Positions 50,094 to 62,500 are shown, numbered from the stretch's first letter. The stretch: 64,000 nt of DNA from Bacteroidota bacterium (GCA_046073825.1 JBJTMY010000097.1:5270-69269), one strand, 5' to 3'. Numbers and translations are program-made. The notes: a model not told the origin generated them from the letters alone.

Positions 50094-51188
50094 TTATAAA
50101 TTACCGCGAAGCGCTTGTTCACGTTCAATTGCTTCAAAAAGGGCTTTGAAATTTCCTTTTCCAAAAGACTTTGCTCCTTTACGTTGGATGATTTCAAAAA
50201 AGACAGTTGGACGATCTTCCACTGGTTTTGTGAATAGCTGAAGAAGGTAACCTTCATCATCTCTATCCACCAAAATCCCTAATCTAGCCAGCGTTTCAAT
50301 GTCTTCATCTATTTTACCAACTCGATCAATTAAATCAGAATAATAAGTAGTTGGCACTGATAAAAATTCCACTCCCCTTTCTTTTAATTCTGTAACAGTA
50401 TCAATAATATCATTGGTCAAGATGGCCATATGTTGAACACCTGCTCCATGATAGAACTCCAAATATTCATCAATCTGTGATTTCTTTTTACCTTCTGCCG
50501 GTTCGTTTATAGGAAACTTAACATATCCGTTACCGTTAGAAACTACCTTACTCATCAATGCTGAATATTCAGTTGAAATATCTTTATCATCGAAAGTAAT
50601 AATCATTTTAAAGCCCATTACTTCTTCATAAAAACGAACCCATTCGTTCATCTTACCTAACTCCACATTACCAACACAATGATCGATTACTTCGAACCCT
50701 ACTGGCTTTGTTTTCATTGAAGACTTGGCTGCTTTATATCCTGGAAGGAAAGGACCATTATAATTTTTACGTTCAATGAATTTATGAATTGTTTCTCCAT
50801 AAGTATGAATAGCAGAAATCTTCACCTCTCCATTATCATCAGAAACAGCATAAGGCTCAGTATGTGATTTAGCTCCACGAGACATTGTTTCATAGTAGGC
50901 CTTCTCCGCATCATCTACCCAAAGTGCTAATACCTTAACACCGTCGCCGTGCTGAGCAACGTGACGTGTGATTTCATGATCAGGATGAAGTGCGGTAGTT
51001 AATACAAAACGCACTTTCCCTTGTTGTAAAACATAAGAAGCTCTATCACGCACCCCTGTTTCTGGACCTGCATACGCAACAAGTTCGAACCCGAAGGCGT
51101 GCTGATAATAATAAGCTGCTTGTTTAGCATTCCCCACATAAAACTCAATGTGGTCGGTACCATTTAATGGTAAGAAATCGGTTGACAT
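50094..51188 (-). CDS. hppD: 4-hydroxyphenylpyruvate dioxygenase
   Basis: Typical HPPD sequence (DHIEFYVGNAKQAAYYY..., GVQHMA, EFYHGAGVQH, FFEIIQRKG..FGKGNFKALFEAIEREQ). The start is moved to ATG 51188 because a -7 box lies at 51210..51217 inside the longer ORF. Confidence 0.92.
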   Translation of the reverse strand: MSTDFLPLNGTDHIEFYVGNAKQAAYYYQHAFGFELVAYAGPETGVRDRASYVLQQGKVRFVLTTALHPDHEITRHVAQHGDGVKVLALWVDDAEKAYYETMSRGAKSHTEPYAVSDDNGEVKISAIHTYGETIHKFIERKNYNGPFLPGYKAAKSSMKTKPVGFEVIDHCVGNVELGKMNEWVRFYEEVMGFKMIITFDDKDISTEYSALMSKVVSNGNGYVKFPINEPAEGKKKSQIDEYLEFYHGAGVQHMAILTNDIIDTVTELKERGVEFLSVPTTYYSDLIDRVGKIDEDIETLARLGILVDRDDEGYLLQLFTKPVEDRPTVFFEIIQRKGAKSFGKGNFKALFEAIEREQALRGNL

Positions 51189-51209
51189 AAAATACTTTAG
51201 TTTAGAATG

Positions 51210-51217
51210 CAAATTTA
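51210..51217 (-). promoter_or_regulatory. -7 promoter box (TAAATTTG on the minus strand) for hppD
   Basis: Plus-strand CAAATTTA 21 nt upstream of ATG 51188. Confidence 0.45.
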
Positions 51218-51246
51218 AGGATTTGAAGGGATTGGGCAAATATGAA

Positions 51247-51735
51247 TCAATGTTGGGGTATTTCGTTTCCCTTGCCCCATTGGATACTGTTTTCCATCAC
51301 TCCCACCTTGTCTATAATCGCTTTAATTTCTAGAGGTGGGTTTTCATGAAATACGTGAATACATTTTCTTTTAGCATTCACATCAAAACACAAATCGACA
51401 GGAGGAAAATCCGTAAGATATTTATTTACATAGGATGAATCGAGGCTTTCTAAATCAATTTTCGACAACGAATTTTTAAAGACATTTAATAAAGAGTCTG
51501 AAATTTGTGTTTCCAAAACACCAAGGGTTTGTACATTTCTAACGCCTTTATAAATGGCCTTCCCTGAGGCCCAAACCTCCACCTTATATTCCGGACAAGT
51601 TCCAAAGCAAGGTCCTTTTTCGATTGAAAAAAGCAGTTGCTGATTATTGGTCATTTTTTTAGTAGACTGACAACTCAACAAACTTAATATTAGACAAAAT
51701 GACAATACCCGAATCATAACAATTGTTTGAGACAT
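51247..51735 (-). CDS. DUF6438-like lipoprotein
   Basis: Signal plus lipobox (MSQTIVMIRVLSFCLILSLLSC) and a GPCFGTCPEYKVEVW motif. The start is uncertain (51735 or 51717; the track gives 51792). A CAAACGTA box lies at 51742..51749. Confidence 0.6.
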   Translation of the reverse strand: MSQTIVMIRVLSFCLILSLLSCQSTKKMTNNQQLLFSIEKGPCFGTCPEYKVEVWASGKAIYKGVRNVQTLGVLETQISDSLLNVFKNSLSKIDLESLDSSYVNKYLTDFPPVDLCFDVNAKRKCIHVFHENPPLEIKAIIDKVGVMENSIQWGKGNEIPQH

Positions 51736-51857
51736 CAATGACAAACGTATGCAAATTGATGAAAGAATAGAATTAAGGAAGGACAAATGCAATAATTAAT
51801 ACTGCTTTGGTAGGCTCAGGAATATTCCCCAATAAAAGAAAAATATGGTGCATTCTA

Positions 51858-53690
51858 TTATTTAGGCAACTGCATACCCCTGTCTTTCGCCATCTTCTCT
51901 AAACGCTGTTGAAACTTAGATTTCTTTGCAGGTTTCTTTTTATTTTCTTGAATCTTGCGATGTATCTCATCTTCATTTACAAATGCTCTGAACAAGTATT
52001 GCTGTCCGATACTAATCGTATTCGCCAAGAAATAATAATAACTTAAGCCAGCGGCATAATTATTAAACACTCCCAAGAAAATAATAGGCATCAGGTACAT
52101 CATCCATTTCATTTGAGGATTTGACATTTGACTACTACTATTCACTTTGGTAATTAACAAAGTAGAAATTGTCATTAATAACGTAAACAATGAAACGTGA
52201 TCTCCATAAAATGGAATTTTAAAAGACAGATCCAAAATTGAGTCGTAAGTACTTAAGTCCTTTGCCCACAAGAAGCCTTGCTGGCGCAACTCTATCGACT
52301 GAGGGAAGAACCTAAACATAGCAATCAAAATAGGCATTTGTAGAAGCATTGGCAAACATCCTCCTAGCGGGCTCACACCAGCTTTACGATATAGGGCCAT
52401 CATTTCTTGTTGAAGCTTCATTGGCTCTTCTTTGAACTTTCCTTGAATCTCATCTACTTCTGGCTTTAACACTTTCATTTTAGCTTGTGATAAATACGCT
52501 TTAAATGTTAAAGGAAGCAACAATAGTTTTATGAAAATTGTCAAGATTAAAATGATGATTCCATAACTCCAGTTAAAACCGTTTAAGAAGTTAAAACTGG
52601 GAATTACTATAAAACGGTTTACCCAACCAAAAATCCCCCATCCTAAAGGAATTTGTTTTTCCAGATTATAACCTTGCGATTTAAGTGTTTGGTAGTGATT
52701 AGGACCAAAATAAAAATGCATTCCAAAAGACTCTTGTGCATTATGATTATACGGCAATGTAAATGATGCTTTCGTTGACTTAACAAACAAATCATTTTCA
52801 GTTCCATTTTTTGTTTCAACATGCGTTGGCTTTTCAAAATCTGCATCGGCCATTAATACCTGCGTAAAGAAATGCTGCTTCATAGCCACCCACTTTACCT
52901 TCGTTGTTAAATCCTTAGCACCATCTTTTGTTTCTGCTAAATAATCAACTTCATCATCTGTAAACATGAAATAGATGGTTGAATTATTTCGCTCTGTTTT
53001 GATATCGCGCTCTTGATTTTTCAATAACTGCGACCAATCCAATTCAACATAATTGGTATTGCGGGCGATAATATCATTGAGCCCTACGAAATTAATTTTA
53101 TAGCCAAGTTTATAATCGTTTTCGTTTAGGGTATATAAAAATTCAATGTATTTATCTTGAGCACCGGCATATAATCTCATTGAAAGCGTACTATCTGATT
53201 TTAGACCAGAAAAGAATAAATCTTTAGTTGCCACACTACGATTATTAGCAAAAAAATTAAGCCCTATATTAGAAGAATCTCCTTCAAACAAACGGACAGG
53301 CTTACCATCCCACGTTTTATACTTTTTAAGTTCAACGGCGCTTACCTTTCCACCTTTGGAAGAAAAAACGACCTTCATCAAACTATTTTCGAGCGTATAG
53401 GTGGAAGAATCTGCTTTAGCAGCCGCTGCAAAAACACCGTATTTATTTGTTAATTCTTGAGTCGCCAAAGAGTCAGAAATGGAATCATTTTTCAATGACG
53501 CTGCTGCTGTTTGGGTATTAACAGAATTACCTTTAATTACAACCGTTTTACTATTTTTTTCAACGAGCGCTAAACTATCTTGAGTTTTCTTTTGCGCCGC
53601 TAATTGTTCAGCTGTTGGAGCTGTTAAATAGGAATACCCAATTAAAATAGCTCCTATTAAAACTAGCCCAAGAAGTGAATTACGATCCAT
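51858..53690 (-). CDS. yidC: Membrane protein insertase YidC (long Bacteroidota form)
   Basis: 610 aa: N-terminal TM helix, large periplasmic domain and a conserved C-terminal core (PLGGCLPMLLQMPILIAMF..., GLSYYY). Confidence 0.93.
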   Translation of the reverse strand: MDRNSLLGLVLIGAILIGYSYLTAPTAEQLAAQKKTQDSLALVEKNSKTVVIKGNSVNTQTAAASLKNDSISDSLATQELTNKYGVFAAAAKADSSTYTLENSLMKVVFSSKGGKVSAVELKKYKTWDGKPVRLFEGDSSNIGLNFFANNRSVATKDLFFSGLKSDSTLSMRLYAGAQDKYIEFLYTLNENDYKLGYKINFVGLNDIIARNTNYVELDWSQLLKNQERDIKTERNNSTIYFMFTDDEVDYLAETKDGAKDLTTKVKWVAMKQHFFTQVLMADADFEKPTHVETKNGTENDLFVKSTKASFTLPYNHNAQESFGMHFYFGPNHYQTLKSQGYNLEKQIPLGWGIFGWVNRFIVIPSFNFLNGFNWSYGIIILILTIFIKLLLLPLTFKAYLSQAKMKVLKPEVDEIQGKFKEEPMKLQQEMMALYRKAGVSPLGGCLPMLLQMPILIAMFRFFPQSIELRQQGFLWAKDLSTYDSILDLSFKIPFYGDHVSLFTLLMTISTLLITKVNSSSQMSNPQMKWMMYLMPIIFLGVFNNYAAGLSYYYFLANTISIGQQYLFRAFVNEDEIHRKIQENKKKPAKKSKFQQRLEKMAKDRGMQLPK

Positions 53691-53710
53691 GAAATTTCAA
53701 TATTGAGGCG

Positions 53711-53718
53711 CAAATATA
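53711..53718 (-). promoter_or_regulatory. -7 promoter box (TATATTTG on the minus strand) for yidC
   Basis: Plus-strand CAAATATA 21 nt upstream of the start at 53690. It is part of a 14-mer shared with the secDF promoter. Confidence 0.45.
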
Positions 53719-53765
53719 CAAAGGAAAACGACCGCTAAACCTCAAAGATGAAAGGATGTTAATAT

Positions 53766-55418
<1,653 letters not shown>

Positions 55419-55487
55419 CTAAATAAAATTAAGGGATGTAAAAATTTAAAACGTAAAACATTTTTTAAAACCTATTGTTAACTGAAC

Positions 55488-55628
55488 ATGAGGTCAATAA
55501 AGAAAGAACATTTACCCCAAAAATTATGTAGAGTTTGTCAACGTCCTTTTTCATGGAGAAAAAAATGGGAAAGATGTTGGGAAGAAGTTCGTTATTGCTC
55601 CAACGCCTGTAAAAAACAAAAAGCATGA
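55488..55628 (+). CDS. DUF2256-like small zinc-ribbon protein (46 aa), absent from the ORF track
   Basis: Hand translation: [46 protein letters not shown]. It has a C-x2-C ... C-x3-C arrangement and the RKKW / YCS..C pattern of DUF2256. Its TGA overlaps the ATG of the next gene (ATGA). Confidence 0.7.
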   Translation: MRSIKKEHLPQKLCRVCQRPFSWRKKWERCWEEVRYCSNACKKQKA

Positions 55629-56128
55629 GTTTACATATTTTAACCACTAAGCAAATTTTACCCTGTACTTTAGAAGAAGCCTGGGAATTTTTATCTCGAC
55701 CTGATAACTTAAAAAAAATAACACCTGAATATATGGGATTTGATATCACATCTGGTTATCAAGCTGGAGACCCTATGTACGCAGGTATGATCATTACTTA
55801 CAAAGTAAAACCGGTTCCTTTTATTACTACCTCATGGGTAACGGAAATATCGCATGTAAATGCACCTTATTATTTTGTAGATGAACAGCGATTCGGGCCT
55901 TATACGTTATGGCATCACAAACACTTATTAAAAGTTGTTGAGAATGGCATTGAAATGACTGATATAATCCATTACAAAATTCCGATGGGGTTTATTGGAA
56001 ATATGTTAAATAGTATATTCATCAAACGGCAGCTCTCCAAAATATTTAGTTATCGTTATCAAAAGCTTTGCAAATTAATCGGAGAGATTCCTAATCAAAA
56101 ACCGATTATGGAATTCAAAAAGGTATAA
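55625..56128 (+). CDS. SRPBCC-superfamily (START/Bet v1-like) protein
   Basis: 167 aa. The N-terminus ...[23 protein letters not shown] and the ...[11 protein letters not shown]... pattern are typical of this uncharacterised SRPBCC family. Confidence 0.68.
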   Translation: MSLHILTTKQILPCTLEEAWEFLSRPDNLKKITPEYMGFDITSGYQAGDPMYAGMIITYKVKPVPFITTSWVTEISHVNAPYYFVDEQRFGPYTLWHHKHLLKVVENGIEMTDIIHYKIPMGFIGNMLNSIFIKRQLSKIFSYRYQKLCKLIGEIPNQKPIMEFKKV

Positions 56129-56217
56129 AAAACCCTATTGCCTTTCTATCTTTTATAAACAAACGTTTGTAAACGGTAATAAGTACTTAACAGTCGGATA
56201 ATTTCTTTTTTGCAAAA

Positions 56218-56225
56218 TAGATTTG
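56218..56225 (+). promoter_or_regulatory. -7 promoter box for the DUF2851 gene
   Basis: Exact TAGATTTG 17 nt upstream of ATG 56243 and inside the track's longer ORF (56210). Confidence 0.45.
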
Positions 56226-56242
56226 CACGCAATTATCAGACT

Positions 56243-57544
56243 ATGAAAGAAGATTTTTTACATTTTATCTGGAAGGAGCAATTATTTAATACAAGTAATT
56301 TAAAAACGTGTGAAGGCAGCGCTATTTCTATAATAGACAAAGGACATTACAACCATCATTCAGGGCCTGATTTCTTTAATTGCCAGATTAAGTTAGACCA
56401 TTTGCTTTGGGTGGGAAATGTAGAAATACACTTGCGTTCTAGCGATTGGTATAGACATAAACATCAAGAAGACATAGCTTATGATAATGTCATATTGCAT
56501 GTTGTATTAGAAAATGACATGGAAGTTTACAGGAGCAATGGAACGACCATTCCGACATTAAGCCTAAAGGATAAGTTTTACAAAGAAAGCTATTTGCGAT
56601 ATGAGCGTTTTTTTAATTCAGGAACATTGATGTATCCATGCATCCAAAACCTATCTAAAGTTCCGAAGAAAATTATTGAAGATACTTTATCAAAAAATTT
56701 GGAAAATCGTATTCTTAAAAATACTTCTACCATTAAAGATCAATTAGTAATCACCAATAATCATTGGGAAGAAGCCTTTTATCATTTACTTGCAAAAGCA
56801 TTTGGATTTAAAGTTAATGCGGTACCGTTACAACTTCTAGCGGAAACCATACCTTACACCATCATTGAAAGAGAATCGAATGATATTTTCAAAATAGAAT
56901 CGTTGCTTTTTGGCGTAGCAGGATTATTAAATACTATTGAAGCAAGTCCTTATTTGAGTAAACTTAAAACCGAGTTCAAGCATCAACAAAAAAAATATTC
57001 ATTAGACGCGTTACATCCATCTATTTGGAAATTTGGCAAACTCCGACCATCCAATTTTCCAACCATTCGAATTTCACAACTGTCCATGTTGCTTTATAAG
57101 CAGAAGCGATTATTTAAACGATGTATTCATTCAAACACCATTGAAGATGTAAAAAAACTACTGATTACAGAAGCCTCTGACTATTGGGCCACCCATTATC
57201 ATTTTGAAAAATCGACTCAGCCAATTGTAAAACATTTGGGAGAGGAATCCATAAATGGTATTATTATAAACTGCATTGTGCCGTTTTGTTATGCCTATGG
57301 ATTACAGATTGGCAATCATGAAATCCAACGAAAAGCACATGAATGGCTTAAGCAATTACCAGCAGAAAAAAACAAATTCACCAAATTATGGAACAATGCA
57401 TCCGTACAATTTATCAATTCAAGCGAAACACAAGGGTTAATCCAACTAAACAATTCCTATTGCATGAAAGACAAATGTGTTTATTGTAAAATTGGAAGTA
57501 GTATTTTAAATTTAAACTTTGACCAATGTGAAAAAATAGCATAA
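56243..57544 (+). CDS. DUF2851 family protein
   Basis: MKEDFLHFIWK...GPDFFNCQIKLDHLLWVGNVEIHLRSSDWYRHKH...YDNVILHVV matches the family signature. Confidence 0.8.
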   Translation: MKEDFLHFIWKEQLFNTSNLKTCEGSAISIIDKGHYNHHSGPDFFNCQIKLDHLLWVGNVEIHLRSSDWYRHKHQEDIAYDNVILHVVLENDMEVYRSNGTTIPTLSLKDKFYKESYLRYERFFNSGTLMYPCIQNLSKVPKKIIEDTLSKNLENRILKNTSTIKDQLVITNNHWEEAFYHLLAKAFGFKVNAVPLQLLAETIPYTIIERESNDIFKIESLLFGVAGLLNTIEASPYLSKLKTEFKHQQKKYSLDALHPSIWKFGKLRPSNFPTIRISQLSMLLYKQKRLFKRCIHSNTIEDVKKLLITEASDYWATHYHFEKSTQPIVKHLGEESINGIIINCIVPFCYAYGLQIGNHEIQRKAHEWLKQLPAEKNKFTKLWNNASVQFINSSETQGLIQLNNSYCMKDKCVYCKIGSSILNLNFDQCEKIA

Positions 57545-57585
57545 TAAATATTAAGTGAACATACAGATTAACTTCAATTTGACTT

Positions 57586-57593
57586 TATATTTG
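57586..57593 (+). promoter_or_regulatory. -7 promoter box 4 nt before the K+ channel ATG
   Basis: Exact TATATTTG. This implies a leaderless mRNA or a downstream start. Confidence 0.35.
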
Positions 57594-57597
57594 TTGC

Positions 57598-58608
57598 ATG
57601 GCTGTAAACCACAATCGATTTTTAAAAAACATTCGAATTGCAGTATTGCTTGTTTCTTCGGCAATGGTCATAGGAATATCTGGATTTATGCTAATTGAAG
57701 GATATACTTTTTCGGAGGCTTTTTATTCTACAATCATCATATTATCTACTGTTGGACTTGGAATGGTTCGTCAACTTTCAGAAGGTGGCAGATGGTTCGT
57801 TTCAGGATTAATTGTAATTAGTATTGGGATATTTGCTTATGGTATATCTACCCTTACAACCTATATAATGGAAGGAGAGCTTCAACGATTTTATAAAAAC
57901 AAAAAAGCCACTAAAATGATTGATAAATTAAGCAACCATGTAATTGTATGTGGTTATGGTCGTAATGGTAAACAAGCCTGTGATCAGCTAACCAGCCATG
58001 GACAAAAATTTGTAGTAATTGAGAATGGGGAGAATGCGTTGAATGAATTAAAAGAGCAAGACGACTTTTTGTTTATTGAAGGTGATGCGACACGTGATGA
58101 AACATTGATTGAAAGTGGTATTAGCAAAGCCCAAGCAATTATTACTGCGTTACCCAATGATGCGGCTAACGTATTTGTGGTTCTAACGGCACGCGAATTA
58201 AATCCCAAATTAAAAATTATTAGTCGTGCCTCTGAGGATACATCAGAAGGCAAGTTAAGAAGAGCAGGTGCTGACAATGTAATAATGCCGGATAAAATTG
58301 GAGGGACGCACATGGCAACTTTAGTAACCAGACCTGACGTGTTAGAGTTCATCGATTATATTACAGGCACCATCAATATTCGATTAGAAGAAATTCATTG
58401 TTCAAAATTAAAAGACCAATATAAAAATAAGTCTATTCGTGAACTAGAAGTTCGAAATAAAAGTGGGGCAAATATTATAGGATTCAAGAACAAAGAAGGC
58501 GTTTACAAAATCAATCCTGATCCTGATACTATTATGGATCACGATTCAAAAGTGTTTGTGCTTGGAACACAAGAACAAATTTATAGCTTATTAAGTATTT
58601 TACTATAA
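57598..58608 (+). CDS. 2-TM potassium channel with cytoplasmic RCK (TrkA-N/TrkA-C) domains, MthK-like
   Basis: TM1, pore helix, filter (LSTVGLGM) and TM2, then a Rossmann VIVCGYGRNGK and a TrkA-C segment. Confidence 0.85.
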   Translation: MAVNHNRFLKNIRIAVLLVSSAMVIGISGFMLIEGYTFSEAFYSTIIILSTVGLGMVRQLSEGGRWFVSGLIVISIGIFAYGISTLTTYIMEGELQRFYKNKKATKMIDKLSNHVIVCGYGRNGKQACDQLTSHGQKFVVIENGENALNELKEQDDFLFIEGDATRDETLIESGISKAQAIITALPNDAANVFVVLTARELNPKLKIISRASEDTSEGKLRRAGADNVIMPDKIGGTHMATLVTRPDVLEFIDYITGTINIRLEEIHCSKLKDQYKNKSIRELEVRNKSGANIIGFKNKEGVYKINPDPDTIMDHDSKVFVLGTQEQIYSLLSILL

Positions 58609-59510
58609 TGAAAATTTTTATTACCGGCTCAAATGGATTGCTTGGCCAAAAGCTGGTTTATTTATTAAAGAATAATAGTGAAGTTCAATGCATCGCCACT
58701 GCGCGTGGTGAGAATAGAATACTTGATAAGGACGGGTATCATTTTGAAACGCTTGACTTAACCAACAAAGAAGAAGTTGCTAGACTTTTAAATTTACATA
58801 AACCTGACTGCATTATTCATACAGCGGCTATGACGAATGTTGACGAATGTGAACTAAAACCCTCTGAATGTTATTTAAACAACGTTGAGGCAACAAAGAA
58901 TTTACTAGAAGGATGCAATCAGTTTCAACCTCATTTTATTTATGTAAGTACCGATTTTGTTTTTGACGGTACTGCAGGTCCCTATACGGAGGAAGATAGC
59001 CCGAACCCTTTAAGTGTTTACGCGAATTCAAAATTAGCTGCTGAGCAACTTGTTCAATCGAGTGGACTACCCTATTCAATATTAAGAACAATGATTGTTT
59101 ATGGAATTACTGATGACGTGCAGCGTTCAAATATCATTTTATGGACAAAGAATTCATTAATGCACGAGAAAGACATACGTGTAATTAACGATCAATATAG
59201 GGGACCAACACTTGCCGAGGATTTAGCGGATGCATGTTTTCAAGCTGCAAAAAGAAAAGCAACAGGAATATTCCATGTAAGTGGCAGAGAGGTAATATCA
59301 ATTATTGAAATTGCGTACAAAGTTGCCGATTATTTTGGTCTTGACAGGAAGTTTATTCATCCTGTAAGCACGACCGAATTAAACCAACCTGCCAAGCGTC
59401 CTTTAAAAACAGGTTTTATTATTACTAAAGCTGAGCGGGAGTTAGGATTTAATCCTCGTAGCATCGATGAGGGAATCAGAATAGTAGATGAACAAATGAA
59501 TACAAAATAA
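58608..59510 (+). CDS. RmlD-like SDR (dTDP-4-dehydrorhamnose reductase family)
   Basis: MKIFITGSNGLLGQ Rossmann start, a Y..SK catalytic pair (YANSKLAAE) and a 1-nt TAATG overlap with the channel gene. Confidence 0.8.
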   Translation: MKIFITGSNGLLGQKLVYLLKNNSEVQCIATARGENRILDKDGYHFETLDLTNKEEVARLLNLHKPDCIIHTAAMTNVDECELKPSECYLNNVEATKNLLEGCNQFQPHFIYVSTDFVFDGTAGPYTEEDSPNPLSVYANSKLAAEQLVQSSGLPYSILRTMIVYGITDDVQRSNIILWTKNSLMHEKDIRVINDQYRGPTLAEDLADACFQAAKRKATGIFHVSGREVISIIEIAYKVADYFGLDRKFIHPVSTTELNQPAKRPLKTGFIITKAERELGFNPRSIDEGIRIVDEQMNTK

Positions 59511-59540
59511 AAAATGGGAGGCTAAAGCCTCCCATTTTTT
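59509..59540. terminator. Bidirectional intrinsic terminator (RmlD-like gene / secDF)
   Basis: Perfect 14-bp stem aaaaaatgggaggc/gcctcccatttttt with a 4-nt loop. Confidence 0.8.
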
Positions 59541-59558
59541 GATTCAAATTAAATTGTA

Positions 59559-62500
59559 TTAGTTTTTCTTTTTATCGAAGTCGATTACAATAGGAGATGC
59601 AATACACAATGAAGAGTACGTTCCTACAACGATACCCACTAACAATGCGAAAGAGAAACCTCTGATTACATCACCACCGAAAATAAAGATTGCAAGTAAT
59701 ACGAAGAAAGTAATTAACGAAGTATTCATTGTTCTGCTCAATGTTGCATTCAATGCATTATTGATTACTTCTTTCTGATTTAAGTTTGGATGAATTCCAA
59801 CATACTCACGAATACGGTCAAAGACCACGACAGTATCTGTCATTGAATAACCCATTACCGTTAACAATGCTGCAATAAAGTCCTGATTAATTTCTAAAGT
59901 AAATGGAAGAATACCATTGAATATAGAGTAAATCGATAAAATCATCAATACGTCATGGAACAAGGCAGCTGTTGCACCTAAACCATACTGCCATTTCTTA
60001 AATCGAAGCAAGATATAAATGAACATCAACACACATGCAAATAAGATAGCCCATACTGCAGAAGACTTAATATCATCTGCTACGGTTGCACCTACTTTCT
60101 GAGAGTTAATAATATTATCAGACTTAAACTTTTCTAAAGTTAATCCTGCAGGATAAAATCCTTTTAAACCATCATATAATGCAGAAGTAACTTTTACCTC
60201 TGCTTCTGCATTATTCTCGTCGTTGATTAAATAATCAGTTGTGATTTTATATCGGTTATCAGTACCAAACGTTTTAACATCTGGAGCTTCTCCTAAATTC
60301 TTCGTTAACGAAGATCTAATTTCTTCTGTTGTTAATGATTTTTCAAATTGAACAACATACGTACGACCACCATCGAAGTCAACGCCAAAATTAAACCCTT
60401 TAGTAGCAATTGATGCAATACCTGCTGCGATCACTAAACCAGAAACGGTATAATAAATCTTACGTTTTTCAATAAATGGCAAGTTAATATTTTGGAATGC
60501 ATTTTTAGAAAACTCATTCCAGAATTTAATCCCTTTACCTTTATCAAGCATTCCTTCAAAAATTAAACGAGTAATGAAGATGGCAGAAAACATAGAACAA
60601 AGGATACCGATAATCAACGTTGTTGCGAAACCTTGAACCGGACCGCTTCCAAATGCATAAAGAATTATACCTAAGATTAGTGTTGTAAAGTTAGAGTCGA
60701 TGATTGAAGACATCGCGTGCTTATATCCGTCTGTTACAGCTAATCTTAAACCTTTACCTGCTCGTAATTCTTCACGAATACGTTCAAAAATTAAGACATT
60801 CGCATCAACTGAAAGACCAATAATCAACACTATACCTGCAATACCTGGCAATGTTAGCACTGCACCTAATGACGCTAACACACCCATAATAAAGAACATG
60901 TTGCAAATTAGAGCGATATCGGCTACTAAACCAGCAGTACTATAATAGAAATACACGAAAACGAATACGATTAATAAAGCAACAACGAAAGAAATTAATC
61001 CATTGTTAATTGCCTCTTTACCTAGAGATGGACCTACTACGGCTTCCTCAACAATTTTAGCAGGAGCTGGTAATTTACCTGCCTTTAAAATATTAGCTAA
61101 ATCTTTTGCTTCATTGATCGTAAAATTACCTGTAATGCTTGAACTACCATTTGGAATTTCTCCTTGTACATTTGGGAAACTATAAACATAATCATCTAAA
61201 ACAATCGCGATTTGCTTACCTACATTCTCACCTGTTAAACGCTTCCAGATTTTAGCACCCTCCAAGTTCATTTTCATACTAATTTCAGGCTTATTATTAA
61301 ACTGGCTGAAATCCTGACGAGCATCTGAAATTGCACCACCATCTAGAGGAGCAGATCCATCTCTGCTAGAAACTTTAATAGCAATTAATTGCAGTGTTTT
61401 TGTTTCTGGGCTGATTGTTTTAACAGACCATAACAATCTCAAGTTACGTGGTAGCACTTGTTTGACATCTTCACGCGCTAACAAGGCATTTAATCGAGCA
61501 GTATCTTTAATAGCGCAATATCCAACAATTGCTTGTTTGTCAACTGCGTTTTTATCTTCTTGCGTTTTTACTTGTCCGTCAGCAGGGAATAATAATGCGA
61601 ACAATGGATTCTCTTTAGAAAATTGCTCGAACGTTTGTTTTGAAGTATCCTTTTTCGCAGAGTCAGTTTTAGTAGAAATTGTACCTGCCTTTTTTGATGA
61701 ATCATTAGATGCTGTTGCAGCAGTTGCCTTTGAGGAATCTGCCTTTGTTGAATCTTTTTGCACCCCTTGAAGAGCTAAAGAAGAAGAATCATTCTTCACA
61801 GTTGAAGATTGAGCGGCAAGCATTTTATTAACGGCAACTAATGCTGGTGCAACTTCTCCAAACGTGTAAGTTTCCCAGAACTCTAACTTTGCAGTTCCTT
61901 GTAATAATTTTCGTACACGCTCTGGTTCTTTTACCCCTGGTAATTCAACCAAGATACGACCGGAACCCAACTGTTGAATATTGGGCTGAGTAACTCCGAA
62001 TTTATCAATACGAGTTCTTAAAATATTAAAAGATCTACTGATTGCTGCGGCAGCTTCTTCATTTAAATGTTTTAATACCTGATCGTTTGTGCTATTAAAA
62101 TTTATTTTATCTTGATTTTCGATATTCGCAAAAACAGCTGCTAAACTTGCGTTAGGGTCAACTTCTTTGTAAGCTTGCCCGAATAAATCGACAAAACCTT
62201 TGTTAGATGATTTTTGTAGTTCAAGAGCACGGTCTATTGCCTTTTTAAAGGTAGGATCATTTTGATTTGCTCCTGCTAACGAACGAACTAAATCAACCAC
62301 TGAAACTTCCAATGTTACGTTCATCCCGCCTTTCAAGTCAAGACCTAGATTAATTTCTCTTTCCTTACACTCTTGGTAGGTATAATCCTTCACAAAAAGG
62401 TTATAAACACCTTTACCAGACAATGAGTCTAAGTAGTTCTTTTCTTTTTGTTCGTCACCTTTTGCGAATTCTTTCGCATCGTTCTCTACTCCACGAGTAA

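Noticed and set aside
55465-55749. 94-aa minus-strand ORF from the track
   Set aside because: It overlaps the DUF2256-like ORF and the 5' end of the SRPBCC gene on the plus strand, and both of those have recognisable family motifs. Its own sequence is low-complexity and hydrophobic with no motif.
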